Below are positions 1 through 13,740 of a DNA stretch of 64,000 nt, piece after piece. This DNA comes from the human T2T-CHM13v2.0 reference genome, Homo sapiens: NCBI RefSeq assembly GCF_009914755.1, contig NC_060947.1. One strand, written 5' to 3'. Made by a program: the position numbers and the translations under genes. The notes below the pieces were generated by a model. The model had not been told where the DNA came from, searched no databases, and saw only the letters and a list, made by a program, of their open reading frames with translations. Numbering within the stretch: the stretch's first letter is position 1; each line of letters opens with the position of its first letter.

Positions 1-260
1 GGCATTGAACTCAGTGCTCTCCTGTTATCGCAGAATGAAAAACCATACTTAACTCAGCTGACCCTCCATGTGGAGGGAGCATTTAAACCACCCCTAGCCA
101 GAGGGAAATTTCTGATCCCAACAGTTGGAACTTGAGTTCCTGTAACACTTGCCACCGTGAGCCAAAGTGCTCTAGGGACCTAAATAAACTTGAAAGGAAG
201 TCTAAGCCACAATGACTGCAACTTCTAGGCAAGTCCTAGTGCTGAACTGGCCTCAGAACC

Positions 261-680
261 TATATTAGTCTGTTCTCACATTGCTATAAAGAAATATCTG
301 AAACTGGATCATTTGTAAAGAAAAGTGGTTTAATTGATTCATGGTTCCACAGGCTGTACAGAAAGCACTGTGCTGGCATCTGTTGAGTTTCTGGGGAGGC
401 CTCAAGAAACATAAAATATGGCAGGAGGCAAAGTGGGAGCAGGCACTTCACATGGCCAGAGCAGGAGGAAGAGAGAGCGAGGGGAGAGGTGTCACAGTTT
501 TAAATTACCAAATCTCATGAGAATGAACTCACTATCATGAGGACAGTATAAGGGGACGGTGCTAAACCATTCATGAGAAACCACCCCTATAATCCAGTCA
601 CCTCCCACCATGCCCCCCCTCCAACACTGGGAATTACATATTGACATGTGATTTGGTGGGAAAACATCTAAACTATATCA
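261..680 (-). mobile_element. MaLR solo LTR (MSTA/MSTB-like) inserted in the L1 5'UTR
   Basis: Termini TATATTAGTCTGTTCTCAC...AAACTATATCA match the reverse complement of an MST LTR. 5-bp TSD GAACC (256-260) / GAGCC (681-685). Confidence 0.88.
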
Positions 681-3495
681 GAGCCAGAGAACTGGGGGAA
701 ATGCAACCTACTGAGACACCAACTGAAGTGGCTAAAGGAGTGATGGCATCACCTCTACCCTAACCCCAGGCTGCACAGCTTGCAGCTGCAAAAGAGACTC
801 CTTCCATCTGCTTGAGGAGAGGAGAGGACAGAGTGGGGAACACATTGTCCTGCATCTTGGATAGCAGCTCAGCCACAGCAAGTTAGAATACTAGTCAGTC
901 TTCGGGCCCCCTTTCCAGGCCCTAGCTCCCAGATGACATTTCCAGATATATGCTGGGACAGAAGGGTACCTGCTTCCTTGAAGGGAAGGACCCAGTTCTG
1001 GCAGACTTTATTACCTGCTAACTGAAGAGCCCTGTGTCCCTGAATAATCAGCAGTGATACCCAGATACTACATCGAGGGCCTTGGGTGAGATACACAGAC
1101 TTGCTGGCTTCAGATGAGACTCTGCACATCCCCAGATATGATGGCTATGAGGCAAGACTTCTGCTTGAGAAAAGCAAAGGCAAAGGTAAAGTGGACTTTG
1201 TCTTATACCTAAGGAACCAGCTCAGCCACAGGAGAGTAAAGCACCAAGTGGGCTCTTGGGGTCCCCGATTCCAGGACTTGACCTTTGGACAGCAGTTTTG
1301 GACCTTGCCTGAACCAAAGGGAAGCCCAGTGCTCTGAAGGGGAGTCCCAGGCCAGGCAGAATTCACCACAGCTGACTGCAGGGGCCTTGGACCTCAAGGG
1401 AACATTGGTGGTAGTCTGGTAGTACTCCCTGTGGGCCTGTGGTGGCAGTAACCATGGAGTGAGGCTCCTCTACCTTTGGAAATGGTAGCAAAGAGCAGGA
1501 AGGACTGCATCTTGTAGTTCGAGTGCCACTTCAGCCACAATATACTAGAACACCAGGTAGACTACTAAGGTTTTTGACTGCAGTCCCTGGCCCCTGGATG
1601 GCAACTCTTGACACACCTGGGGCCTGGAGGCACTCATCACCCTGAAGGCAAGGAAACAAGCCTTACTGTCTTTGCCACCTGCTGATTGTACAGCCCCAGG
1701 GCCTTGAGTGAACACAAGTGGTAGGCAAAGAGTGGTTATAGCAAGCCTTGTATGAGACACAGGGCTGTGATGGCATCAGATGTGATCCAGCACAGTCCTA
1801 GTAGTGATGGCCACAGTGGTGCTTGTGTTACTCTACCCCCAGCTCCAGGAAGCTCAGAACGGACAGAGAGACTCTGTTTGGGAGAAAGTGAGAGAAGAGA
1901 ACAATAGTTTCTGCCTGCTAAACCCAATAATTCTTCCAAATTTTGTCCGAGCATGAAAGCAGTACCTTAGTGAGTCTGCAGGAACAACAGCATTACTGGG
2001 CTGGAGGTTCCCCATAAAGTAATTACAGCTTAGGTGATAGCACCAAAGTCCTTTTGAATTTCTGGAAAGCCTTCCCAAGAAGGATGGGTAGAAACAAGCC
2101 CAGACTGCAAAGAGTAAAATCAATATGTAACTCTTCAATGACTAGAAACTAACAAATATCCACAAGCATCAAGACCATCCATCGAAACATGACCTCACAG
2201 AACAAACTAAATAAGGCACCAAGGACCAATTCTAAAAAGACAGAGATATGTGACCTTTCAGATAGATAATTTAAAATAGCTGTGTTGAGGAAACTCAAAG
2301 AAATTCCAGGTAACACAGAGAAGGAATTCAGAATCTTATAAGATAAATTTAATGAAGAGATTGAAATAATTAAAAAAGAGTCAAACAGAAATTCTGGAGT
2401 TGAAAAAATGCAATTGACATACTGAATAATGCATTAGAGTCTATTAATAGCTGGATTGATCAAGCAGAAGAAAGAATTAGTGAGCGTGGAGACAGGCTAT
2501 TTGAAAATGAACAGTCAGCAGGGATAAAATAAAAAAAAGAATTAAAAAAATGAAGCACACCTACAAGATTAGGAAAATAGTCTCAAAAGGGCAAATATAA
2601 AATTTATTGACCTTATGAAGTAGGTAGAGAAAGAGATGGGGTAGAAAGTTTATTCAAAGGGATAATATCAGAGGCATTCCCAAACTTTGAGAAATATATC
2701 AATATGCAAGTACAAAAAGATGATAGAACACCAAGCAGATTTAACCTAAAGAAGATTACCTCAAGGCATTTAATATTCAAACTCCCAAAGGTAAAAGATA
2801 AAGAAAAGATTCTAAAAGCAGCAGGAGAAAAGGAACAAATAAGATACAATGGAGCGCCAGTATGTCTGGCAGCAGACTTTTCAGTGGAAACCTTACAGGA
2901 AACCTTTCCGTGGAGAAAGTGGCATGACATAGTTAAAGTGCTGAAGGAAAAATCTTTCAGCCTAGCATAGTATATCCAGTGAAAGTATCCTTCAAAAATG
3001 AAGAGAAATAAAGACTTTCCCCGACAAACAAAAGCTGAGAGATATCATCAACACCAGATATTACCTACAAGAAATGCTAAAGGGCATTTTTAAGTCTGAA
3101 AGAAAAGGATGATAATGAGCAAGAAGCAATTGTCTGAAGTTATAAAACTGACTGTTAATTGTAAGTGCACAGAGAAACACAGAATATTATAACACTGTAT
3201 CTGTGGTGTGTAAACTACTATTAAGTAGAAAGACTAAACCAGGAAACAATCAAAATAATAACTACAACTTTTGAAGACATAAGCCATACAATAAAAACAA
3301 ATAGAAACAACCAAAAGTTAAAAAGCTTGGAGACAAAGTTAAGGTGTAGAATTTTTATGTTTTTGCTTTGTTTATTTATTCAGTGTTAAGTTGTTATCAG
3401 TTTAAAATAATGGGTTATAAGGTGTTATTTGCAAGCCTCATGGTAACCTCAAATCAAAAAACATACAATGGAGACTTAAAAATTAAAAGCAACAG

Positions 3496-3834
<339 letters not shown>

Positions 3835-6800
3835 TCACTAAAAAGAAGACAGGAAAGAAGGGAAGAAGGAAGAGAAGACCCAAACCACAGGAAAATAAAT
3901 AACAAAAAAGCAAGTGTAAGTTCTTACTTATCAATAATTACATTGAATGTAAATGGACTAAAATCTCCAATCAAAAGACATAAAGTGGATGAATGAAAAA
4001 AAAAACAAGACTCAACAATGTATTGTCTACAAGAATAACACTGTACCTGTAAAGACACATGTAGATTAAACATAAAGGAATGGCAAAAGATATTCCATGC
4101 AAATAGAAATTTAAAAAATCGGGAATAGCTATAGTTATATCAGACAAAATAGACTTTAGAACAAAAAACTATAAAAAGAGACAAGGAAGTTTATATAGTG
4201 ATAAAGGGGTCGATTCAGCAAGAGGATATAACAATTGTTAATGTATATGCACCCAACACTGGAGTACACAGATATATAAAGATATGAAGCAAATATTATT
4301 AAACTAGAGAGAGATAGACCCCAGTACAATAATTTCTGTGGAATTCAACAACCCACTTTCAGTATTGGACAGCTTATCCAGATAGAAAATCAATAAAGAA
4401 ACATTGAACTTAATCTGCACTGTAGACCAAGTGGACCTAATAGATATTTATAGAACATTACATCCATTGGCTGCAGAATACACATTATTCTCCTCATCAC
4501 ATAGATCATTCTCAAGGACAGACTATATGTTACTTCACAAAACTAGTCTTAAATCTTTTTAAAAAATAAAATTATATCAAGTATCTTCTCTGAAGAAAAG
4601 TGAATAAAATGAGGAATCAATAACAAGAGGAATTTTGGAAACTATAAAAACACATGGAAATTAAACAATATGCTCCAGAATGACAGGTTGGTGTATGAAG
4701 AAATAAACAAGGAAATTTAAAAATTTATTGAAACAAATGATAATGGAAACACAATATGCCAAAACCTGTGGGATACAGCAAAAGTAGTACTAAGAAGAAA
4801 GTTTATAGCTAGAAGTGCCTACATCAAAAAATAAGAAAAACTTCAAATAAACAACATAATGATGTATCTTAAAGAATGAGAAATGCAAGGACAAACCAAA
4901 ATCATTATTAGTAGAATAAAATAAATAAAGATCAGAGCAGAAATAAATAAAATTAAAACACAGAACACAGAAGATATACAAAATGAAAAGTTGGTTTTTT
5001 TGAAAGAGCAGCAAAATCAACAAAACTTTAACCAGAATGAAAAAGGAGAGGTCTCAAATAAATAAAATCAGCGATGAAAATGGAGAGATTACAGCTGATA
5101 CTGCAGAAATGCAAAGGATCATTGGAAGCTACTATATGCCAATAAACTAGAAAACAGAATAAATAAATGAATTCCTAGACACATACAACTTACCAGAATT
5201 GAACCATGAAGAAATCCAAAATGGGAACAGACCAATAACAAGGAACAACATCAAAGCTGTAATAAAAAGTCTCCTAGCAAACAGAAACCAGGGAACTGAT
5301 GGATTCCCTGCTGAATTTTACCAAACATTTAAAAGACTTATACCAATCCTAAGTAAACTATTCCAAAAAATTGAGGAGGAGAGAATCCTTCATAACTCAT
5401 TCTATGAGGCCAGTATTACCCTGATAACAAAACCAGACAAAGACACATCAAAGAAAGGAAACTATATGCCAATATCCCTGATGAACATTGATGCAAAAAT
5501 CCTCATCAAAATACTAGCAAATGAAATTCCATAATACATTAAAGAGATCATTCAGAATGACCAAGTGGGGTTTATCTCAGGAACACAAGGATGGCTCAAC
5601 ATATGCAAATCAATCAGTGTGATACATCATGTCAAGAGAATGAAGGACAAATACCATATTATCATTTCAATTGATACTTAGAAAGCATATGATAAAATTC
5701 GGTATCTCTCCATAATAAAAACCCTCAATAAACTGGGTATAGAAGGAATATACTTCAACATAATAAAAGACATATATGATGGACACACAGTTAGCATCAT
5801 ACTAAATGGGGAAAATCTGAAAGCCTTTCTTCTGAGAACTAGAAAATGATAAGGATGCCCACTGTCAACACTAGTATTCAACATAGTACCGGAACTCCTA
5901 GCTAGTACAATTAAACAAGAGAAAGAAATAAAGGATATCTAAATTGGAAAGGAAGAAGCCAAATTATCTTCATTTGTAGATGATATGATCTTCTATTTGT
6001 AAAAACCTAAAGACTCCACCAAGAAACTATTAGAATTTATCAACAAATTCAGTAAGGTTGCAGGATACAAAATCAACATATAAAAATCAGTAACATTTCT
6101 ATATGCCAACAGTGAACAATCTGAAAAAGAAATAAGAAAGTAATGCCATTTACAATAGCTACAAACAAAATTAAATACTAGGAATCAACATAACTAAAGT
6201 AGTGAAAGATCTTTGCAATGAAAACTATAAAACACTGGTGAAAAAAATTGAAGAGGACACACAAAGAAATAGAAATATATTTTATGTTTATGGATTGGAA
6301 GAATCAATATTGTTAAAATCTCCATAATACCCAAAACAATCTACAAGTTCAACAGAATATCTATTAAAATAATGATATTCTTCACAGGAATGGAAATAAC
6401 AATTGTCAAATTTATATAAAAACGCAAAAGACCCAGAATAGCCAAAGCTATCATGAGCAAAAAGAACAGAACTGGAAGAATCACATTACCTGACTTCAAA
6501 TTATACTACAAAGCTATATTAACCAAAACAGCATGGTACCAGCATAACAACAGACACCTGGACCAATCAAGCAGAGTAGAAAAGTCAGAAACAAATTCAT
6601 ACATGTACATTAAACTCATTTTAAACAGAGGTGCCAAGAACATACATTAAGGAAAGGTCAGTCTCTTCAATAAATGGTGGTGGGAAAACTGGATATCCAT
6701 ATGCAGAAGAATGAAACTAGACCTCTATCTCTCACCATATACAAACACCAAATCAAAATGGATTTGAATCTTAAATCTCAGACCTCAAGCTATCAAACTA

Positions 6801-8929
6801 TTAAAGGAAAATCTTGAGGAGACTCTTCAAGACATTGGGTGGGGCAAATATATTTTGAGTAATACTCCACAAACACAGGTAACCAAAGCAAAGACGGTTA
6901 AATGGTATCACAGTAAGTTACAAAGCTTCTGCACAGTAAAGGAAACAATCAACAAAGTGAAGAGACAACCCACATAATAGGAGAAAATACATGTAAACTA
7001 TCCATCTGACAAGGGATTAATAACTAGAATATATAAGGAGCTCAAACAACTCAATATGAAAAAGTATAAATAATCATATAAAAATGGGCAAAAGATTTGA
7101 ATAAACATTTCTCAAAGGAAGACATGCAAATGGCAAACAGGCATATGAAAAGATGCTCAGCATCACTGACCATCAGAGAAATGCAAATCAAAACTATGAT
7201 GAGATATCATCTCACCCCAGTTAAAATGGCTTACATCCAAAAAGTGAGGGAATAGCAACTGCTAGCAGGGATGTGGAGAAAAGAGAACCCATGCACCTGT
7301 TGGTGGGGATGTAAATTAATACAACTGTGGAGAATAGTTTGGAAGTTCCTCAAAAACCTGAAAATTGAGCTATCATGTGATCTACCAATTCCACTGCTAG
7401 ATATATACCCGCAAAAAGGAAATCAGTATATTGAGGAGAGATCTGCACTCCAATGTTTATTGCTGCACTATTTACAATAGCCAAGACTTGGAAGCAACCT
7501 AAGTGTCCATCAACAGATGACTGGATAAAGAAAATATGGTACATATACAAGTGGAGTACTATTCAGCTTAAAAAGGAATGAGATCTTATTTGTAACAACA
7601 TAGATGGAACTGGAACTCATTATGTTAAGTAAAATAAGTCAGGCACAGAAAGGCAAACTTTGCATGTTCTCATTTATTTTGGGGAGCTAAAAATTAAAAC
7701 AAATGAACTCATGGGGATAGAGGGTAGAAGGATGGTGACAAGAGGCTGGGAAGGGTAGTGACAGGTGGGGAGAAAGTGAGAGTGGATATTGGGTAGAAAA
7801 AATTAGAGTTACTAAGATCTAGTGTTTGGTAGCACAACAGGGTGAGTATAATCAAAAAATTTAATTGCACATATTTAAATAACTAAAAGAGTAGAATTGG
7901 ATTGTTTGTAACACAAACGATAAATGCTTGAGGTGATAGATATCCCATTTACCCTGATGTGATCATTACACATTGCATGCCTGTATCAAAGTGTCTCACG
8001 AACCCCATAAATATATATACCTACTATGTACCCACAAAAATTAAAAATTTAGTTAAAAAATAGTAACTACCTCATAGTATTGTTTGAGTAATAAATAAGA
8101 ATTTAAATTTCAGTATTTGGTACATAGTAGGAACTCAATAATTTGTAACAGTTATATGTAAGGTTAGCTCTTTTCAGGTACTATTTATATTTTTCTGTGA
8201 ACTGCTTGTTCATTTCCTTTCCCCACTTTTTTTTGTTGTTGGGTTATGGCTGTTTTCTTCAGATTTGTAAAGTATTTTTGTGTATTAAGAAAAGTTTTTC
8301 TTTGTCATGTTTTGAAAACTTTTTTCTCAGCTTGTTATTTGTCTACAAATTATTTTCCATAGCATTACTTTTTTCATGAATACATTTTAAACTTTGCGTA
8401 GTCTTTTCCTTTTTGGGTTTCAGAGGTTTAAGTCTCGTTTAGAAAGGCCTTTCCATTTCAAAATCACTTTTTGAAAAGGCTCTAATGCTCTCTTGTATTG
8501 CTTTTACAGTTATTCCCTTTGGTCCATCTGGACATTATTTTGGTATAAGAAGAAAATTGTGATCTACCTTTCTTTCTTTTTGAAATGTCTAGCCACCTGC
8601 TCCAGTATTAATGATTGAATATCCTATGTAAGGTGAAATCCTTGCCATCTAACAGATGACTGATGTTCTATTGTTCTTCAAACCCAAATAGTGTGTGGCC
8701 CAATCCTAATTCTTCTCACTCTCATTTTTCTTCTGTATTTGACATGAAGAGAAGGTGACTTGAGCAGACATATTACTTAGGCAAGTCACTTTCCTTTTTT
8801 ATAAGTGAAAAATACAGAGGCACAATGTGACAGGTTTGGCCTAACTGTAAGGTCCCTTAAGAGCCTGTGAGAGTTGTTCAAAGAAATAAAAGTTTCCTGT
8901 TGAAGGATAGATATAAAGCCCTTTCCACA

Positions 8930-9720
8930 TCTCATATTCCATTATATGTGTATATAATAAATAATTATACCATGCCTCCCCTGTTGGATATTTGCATAGA
9001 TTTTTCCGCACTAGCTATTATATACATCATTATGCTATTCTCAGACATACATTTTATTTTCCCTTAGGTCATAGTTTTAGATATGAAATTGCTAGGTCAA
9101 ATGGTACAAATTTTTAAAACTTTTTATTGAAATAAAATGTACATAAAAAGAAATGCACATATAAGTATATAGCTTGAAAAATTTTCAAAATGAACACACT
9201 CATATAACCAACCACCATATCTAGAAACAGAAGCTTCACTCATGCCCTTCTCAATTACTTTTTCCTCTCAAGGGTAAGGCCCATCAGGACTTCTAATAGT
9301 ATATATTAGTTTTGCCTGATTTTTGAATTTTATATATGTTTTGAATCATAGAGTGGGTTGTTGTTTTATTTCTGGCTTCTTTCATTCAAAATTGTTTGGG
9401 ATATTTATCCTCTTTGTTGTATATACTTACAGATCAATTCATTTTTAATAGCTATGTAGTATTTTATTGTGTGAATGTACCATAATTTATTTATTCATTT
9501 TACTGTAAATGGATATATGACATTTTTTTTACAATCATGAACGATGCTGCTGTGAACACTGCAGGGTATGCATTTCTATTGGATATATACTTAGAAGTTG
9601 TTGTATACGTTAGAAATTACTATTGTGTATATACCTTAGAAATTACTGGATCGCAGGGTATGCATGTGTGAAGCTATTGTGGATTTTTGCTTTCCAGAAA
9701 TGTATCTTTATGACAATTGA
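8930..9720 (-). mobile_element. Old L1M 3' fragments
   Basis: Reverse-strand L1M 3'UTR-like motifs (TTCTGGCTTCTTTCATTCAA, GAAATTGCTAGGTCAAATGG). Confidence 0.55.
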
Positions 9721-9774
9721 AAAAAAACTCCACTCTTATGTGATAGACACTTTTTATTAAAGATTTTATTTAAT

Positions 9775-9940
9775 GCTCTTAGTAACCCTGTAGGATAACT
9801 GGTATTATTTCTATTTTATTAATGAAGAAATTGAGGCTCAGAGATGTTAAATAATATGCCCAAGGCCACGGTTAGAAAATGACAGAACCAGGATTTGAAC
9901 CCAGATTTGTCTGACTTCCAAGGGCATGCTTCTTCTACTA
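9775..9940 (-). mobile_element. MIR SINE
   Basis: MIR core ATGAAGAAATTGAGGCTCAGAGATGTTAAATAATATGCCCAAGGCCAC...CCAGGATTTGAACCCAG. Confidence 0.8.
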
Positions 9941-9947
9941 TACATCC

Positions 9948-10408
9948 TATATTAGTTTCCTAGGACCATGGTAACAAAGCACAACAAACTGTGCAGCTTA
10001 AAACAACAGAAATTTATTGTCTTACAGTTCTGGAGGCCAAAAGTCTGAAATCAAGGTGTTGACAGAGTCAGGCTCACTTTCCTAGCTTCTAGTTGTTACT
10101 GGCAATCCTTGATGTTCCTTAGTTTGTAACTGCGTAACTCCAATATCTCCCTCCCTCATTGCATGACCACCTTTCCACTATGCGACTGTGTCTTCGTGTA
10201 ACTGCCTCCCCTCTGTGTTTGTCTGTGCATATGTCTCTTCTGGTCTTACACCTGTCATATTGGACCAAGGACCCACCCTACTCCAGTATGATCTCATCTT
10301 AACTTAATTGCATGTGTAAAGACTGTATTTCCAAATCAGTTTACATTAACAGTTACCAGGAGTTAGGACTTCAATATAGCTTTCTGGGGGACACAATGTA
10401 ACTCACAC
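9948..10408 (-). mobile_element. MLT1 MaLR LTR
   Basis: TATATTAGTTTCCTAGG...GCTTAAAACAACAGAAATTTATTGTCTTACAGTTCTGGAGGCCAAAAGTCTGAAATCAAGGTG...TGGGGGACACAAT. Confidence 0.85.
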
Positions 10409-11924
10409 TCCTTCTTATATCATTTCAACCCATGCATCATAGTGGATAAAAAGTTACTATGTTGTTTAAAATTGTGGTTTTCATTACCTAGAGCCAATGC
10501 CTGTGAGATACGCACCTGCAAGAACAGCACTTTTATGTGACTTGCTAGGAGAATGCAGTGGTTGTGCTGAGTTTAGTGCAAGACTAATGTTTTTTCTACT
10601 TGACCGGCTTAGCAAACCAAACATCCATAACACTGGCTAGTATTCTAATTGGAGCCTTGCATTCTCGTGTACAATGGAACAAAGTGATATAGAAATCAGG
10701 CAAGGCTTAGGTTGAGGAAGGCTATGTCTATTTATTTCTGCAGATAGGCTGCAGTATTTCAAAAACCTTGAATTTCTATTGTTGGCAAGGTGAACTTGTC
10801 AAGTGCTGCTATTTTTTCTCTCACCAGGAATCTTTGTTTCCTCTATAACTCCAGAAGAAGAATAATCAGTACCTGTGTTTTGTAATGAGCACCTGCCAGG
10901 GGCCACACAGTATCCAAGAGATTTGGTGCATATCATTTCTAATTCTTAACACAACTTTTAAGGTAGTTATTCATACAAATACAGCCCTTAGAATTAGCCC
11001 TAATGATGAAAGGCAAGCCATAGCACCTGGTGGACAATGTAATCCAAAGGAGGAGGGTACATATCAGTGATGGATGCTCTGTGGCATCATCAATCTTGAT
11101 GTTAGGGATATAATTAGAGACCGAAAGAGCTTGACTCACTTTGCTTCAGATGGCACATCTTGAGTCTAGGCTTCAGGCTTGGATGCCTAGTAGGATAAAT
11201 CTGCTAGGTGCAGTCGCTCTTGAAAGTTATGAGGGACATATCATTCAGGTCTGTTTTCAGAAGTGGGCACAGATTGAAGATGGACCAGTATGAAGAGAGA
11301 GGTATTGTTGTGCCCGTCAAGAAGCTACCCAGTCCATGTTCTTATATTGTGGCAAAACTATACTCAAATCAAAGCCCTAAGGGCAGATAACTTAAATTCC
11401 AGTTAGGTAGATGGGCAAGTGGTAGGGGAGGATAATGTCCAAAAAAACTTAGAGAGTTTCCTTGTTTCTTCAATGCAAGGGTCACAACCTAGTGACCCAA
11501 GTTTTGAATCCATTCCACAGACATTATTTTCTTACCCCACATAGTTTTTTGTTTTTGAAGAAATTCAGTTGCTATCACCCAAAAAATCCAGGGAATTTCT
11601 TATAAAAGCCTGTATTTCTGGCTTATTTTAAAAGGCAATTGGGACTACGTTCCAACATGGCTCAGTTGCAGGGGCTCCCTCTCAAAGGGCAGACTCCTGA
11701 TTTGCCGTGGTCTACTTCAGAGTTGATGATTGGTCACTCTTTGGTGTTATCTACTTGACCCCTGCACAACTTGAGTCTGTGATCTCTGCTCTAGATCTTT
11801 GACTAGAAAAGATCTGGAATCAGGCCAGATCCAACTCCACAAAATTAAAACCAAACAAAACAAAACACCATCAAAATAGAGATCAGTTCTTTAGGGAGTG
11901 ACGAAAATGTTCTAAAATTGATTG

Positions 11925-12355
<431 letters not shown>

Positions 12356-13383
12356 TTAGGGAAGGAAACACAAATGACAAATCAACTCCTCAACACTAGT
12401 CTCTGTCATTAAACTCTTTAGAAGGTCTCTAGTATTGCAGTATTGGGGTGGAAGCAAATTTGAATGGTTAAGAGCTTGAAAAATTAAGATTAAAAAATAG
12501 TATCTACTCCATAGGGTTGTTAGAAGTAAACAAGACAATCCCTGCAAAGCACACAGCACTCTTCCTGGTACATAGAAAACAATGGAAGAATGTTAGGTAT
12601 TATTGATTACTATGACACAGAAGAGACCTAACAAAACTTAGCCTAATAACACTGAGATTGTACACTCAGCCAGCACCCTGAATCTGGAGCAGGTCTTCCC
12701 AGGGCCTCTCCAAATGTCTGGTCAGTTCTAGGTGGCTACATATCCTCAACCAGAACATTAAGAGCTTCAGAGGCTCTTAAGTCATGAAGGAAAAAATTAG
12801 CATGCAAATACTGGAGTGTGTAGGGAAGTGGGGAAAACCTGTTTATGCCTTATTTAAGCAAAGTGATATAGTAGAGTCTCCACAATGCTGAGAGTAGAAG
12901 ACCTCCATTCTAATTTTACTTCCACTCCAAATTGGATTCCCCTTTAAAAAATACTGATTTTGTTACATTTGAATTTCCTCATATATTGAAGGACAATGGT
13001 ATTTATCTTGCCTACCTCACAGACCAAGTAAGAAAGAAAGCATGGGAGATACTTGGAATGGCAAAAAAAATTTCACATAAGATATATATATATATATATA
13101 TCTTATATATATATCTGGTGGTATTGGTGGGGACAGTCTCCTTGCATAAGGATCCACAGGGGCTACTCCAGAGATCACAGGCATCACCTATCTGACCACA
13201 GATTTTAGATCTAAAACCAAGCCCCAGAAAGAACTGGGACTTGGGAAATGGGGCAGTTACCTGGGAGGGAGTCTGTCCCTTTGGAGTCCTCATTTCTATA
13301 GAGAGATACATAGGGCAATTTAGATAGAGTTGTTTCAGAAACCTGGGAGACAGATTTAATGATCTCTGGAGCTTCCATTCAGC

Positions 13384-13597
13384 TTTTTTTTTTTTTTTTT
13401 TTTGAGACGGAGTCTCACTCTGTCACCCAGGCTAGAGTGTAATGGCGCAATCTCAGCTCACTGCAACCTCCACCTCCGAGTTCAAGAGATTCTCCTGCCT
13501 CAGCCTCCCGGGTAGCTGGGAATACAGGCATGCATCACCACCCGTGGCTAATTTTTGTCTTTTTGGTAGAGGCAGGGTTTCACTATGTTGGCCAAGG
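13384..13597 (-). mobile_element. 5'-truncated AluS
   Basis: Poly-T followed by GAGACGGAGTCTCACTCTGTCACCCAGGC; ends abruptly at GTTGGCCAAGG. Confidence 0.93.
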
Positions 13598-13599
13598 TA

Positions 13600-13600
<1 letters not shown>

Positions 13601-13652
<52 letters not shown>

Positions 13653-13740
13653 CATATGTATATGTATATATATATATTTACATATGTATATGTATATATA
13701 TATATTTACATATGTATATGTAAATATATATATATATTTA
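13601..13740. repeat. (TA)n microsatellite plus ~28-30 bp TA-rich minisatellite
   Basis: Pure TA run 13601-13648, then about three copies of TTTACATATGTATATGTATATATATATA. Confidence 0.95.
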
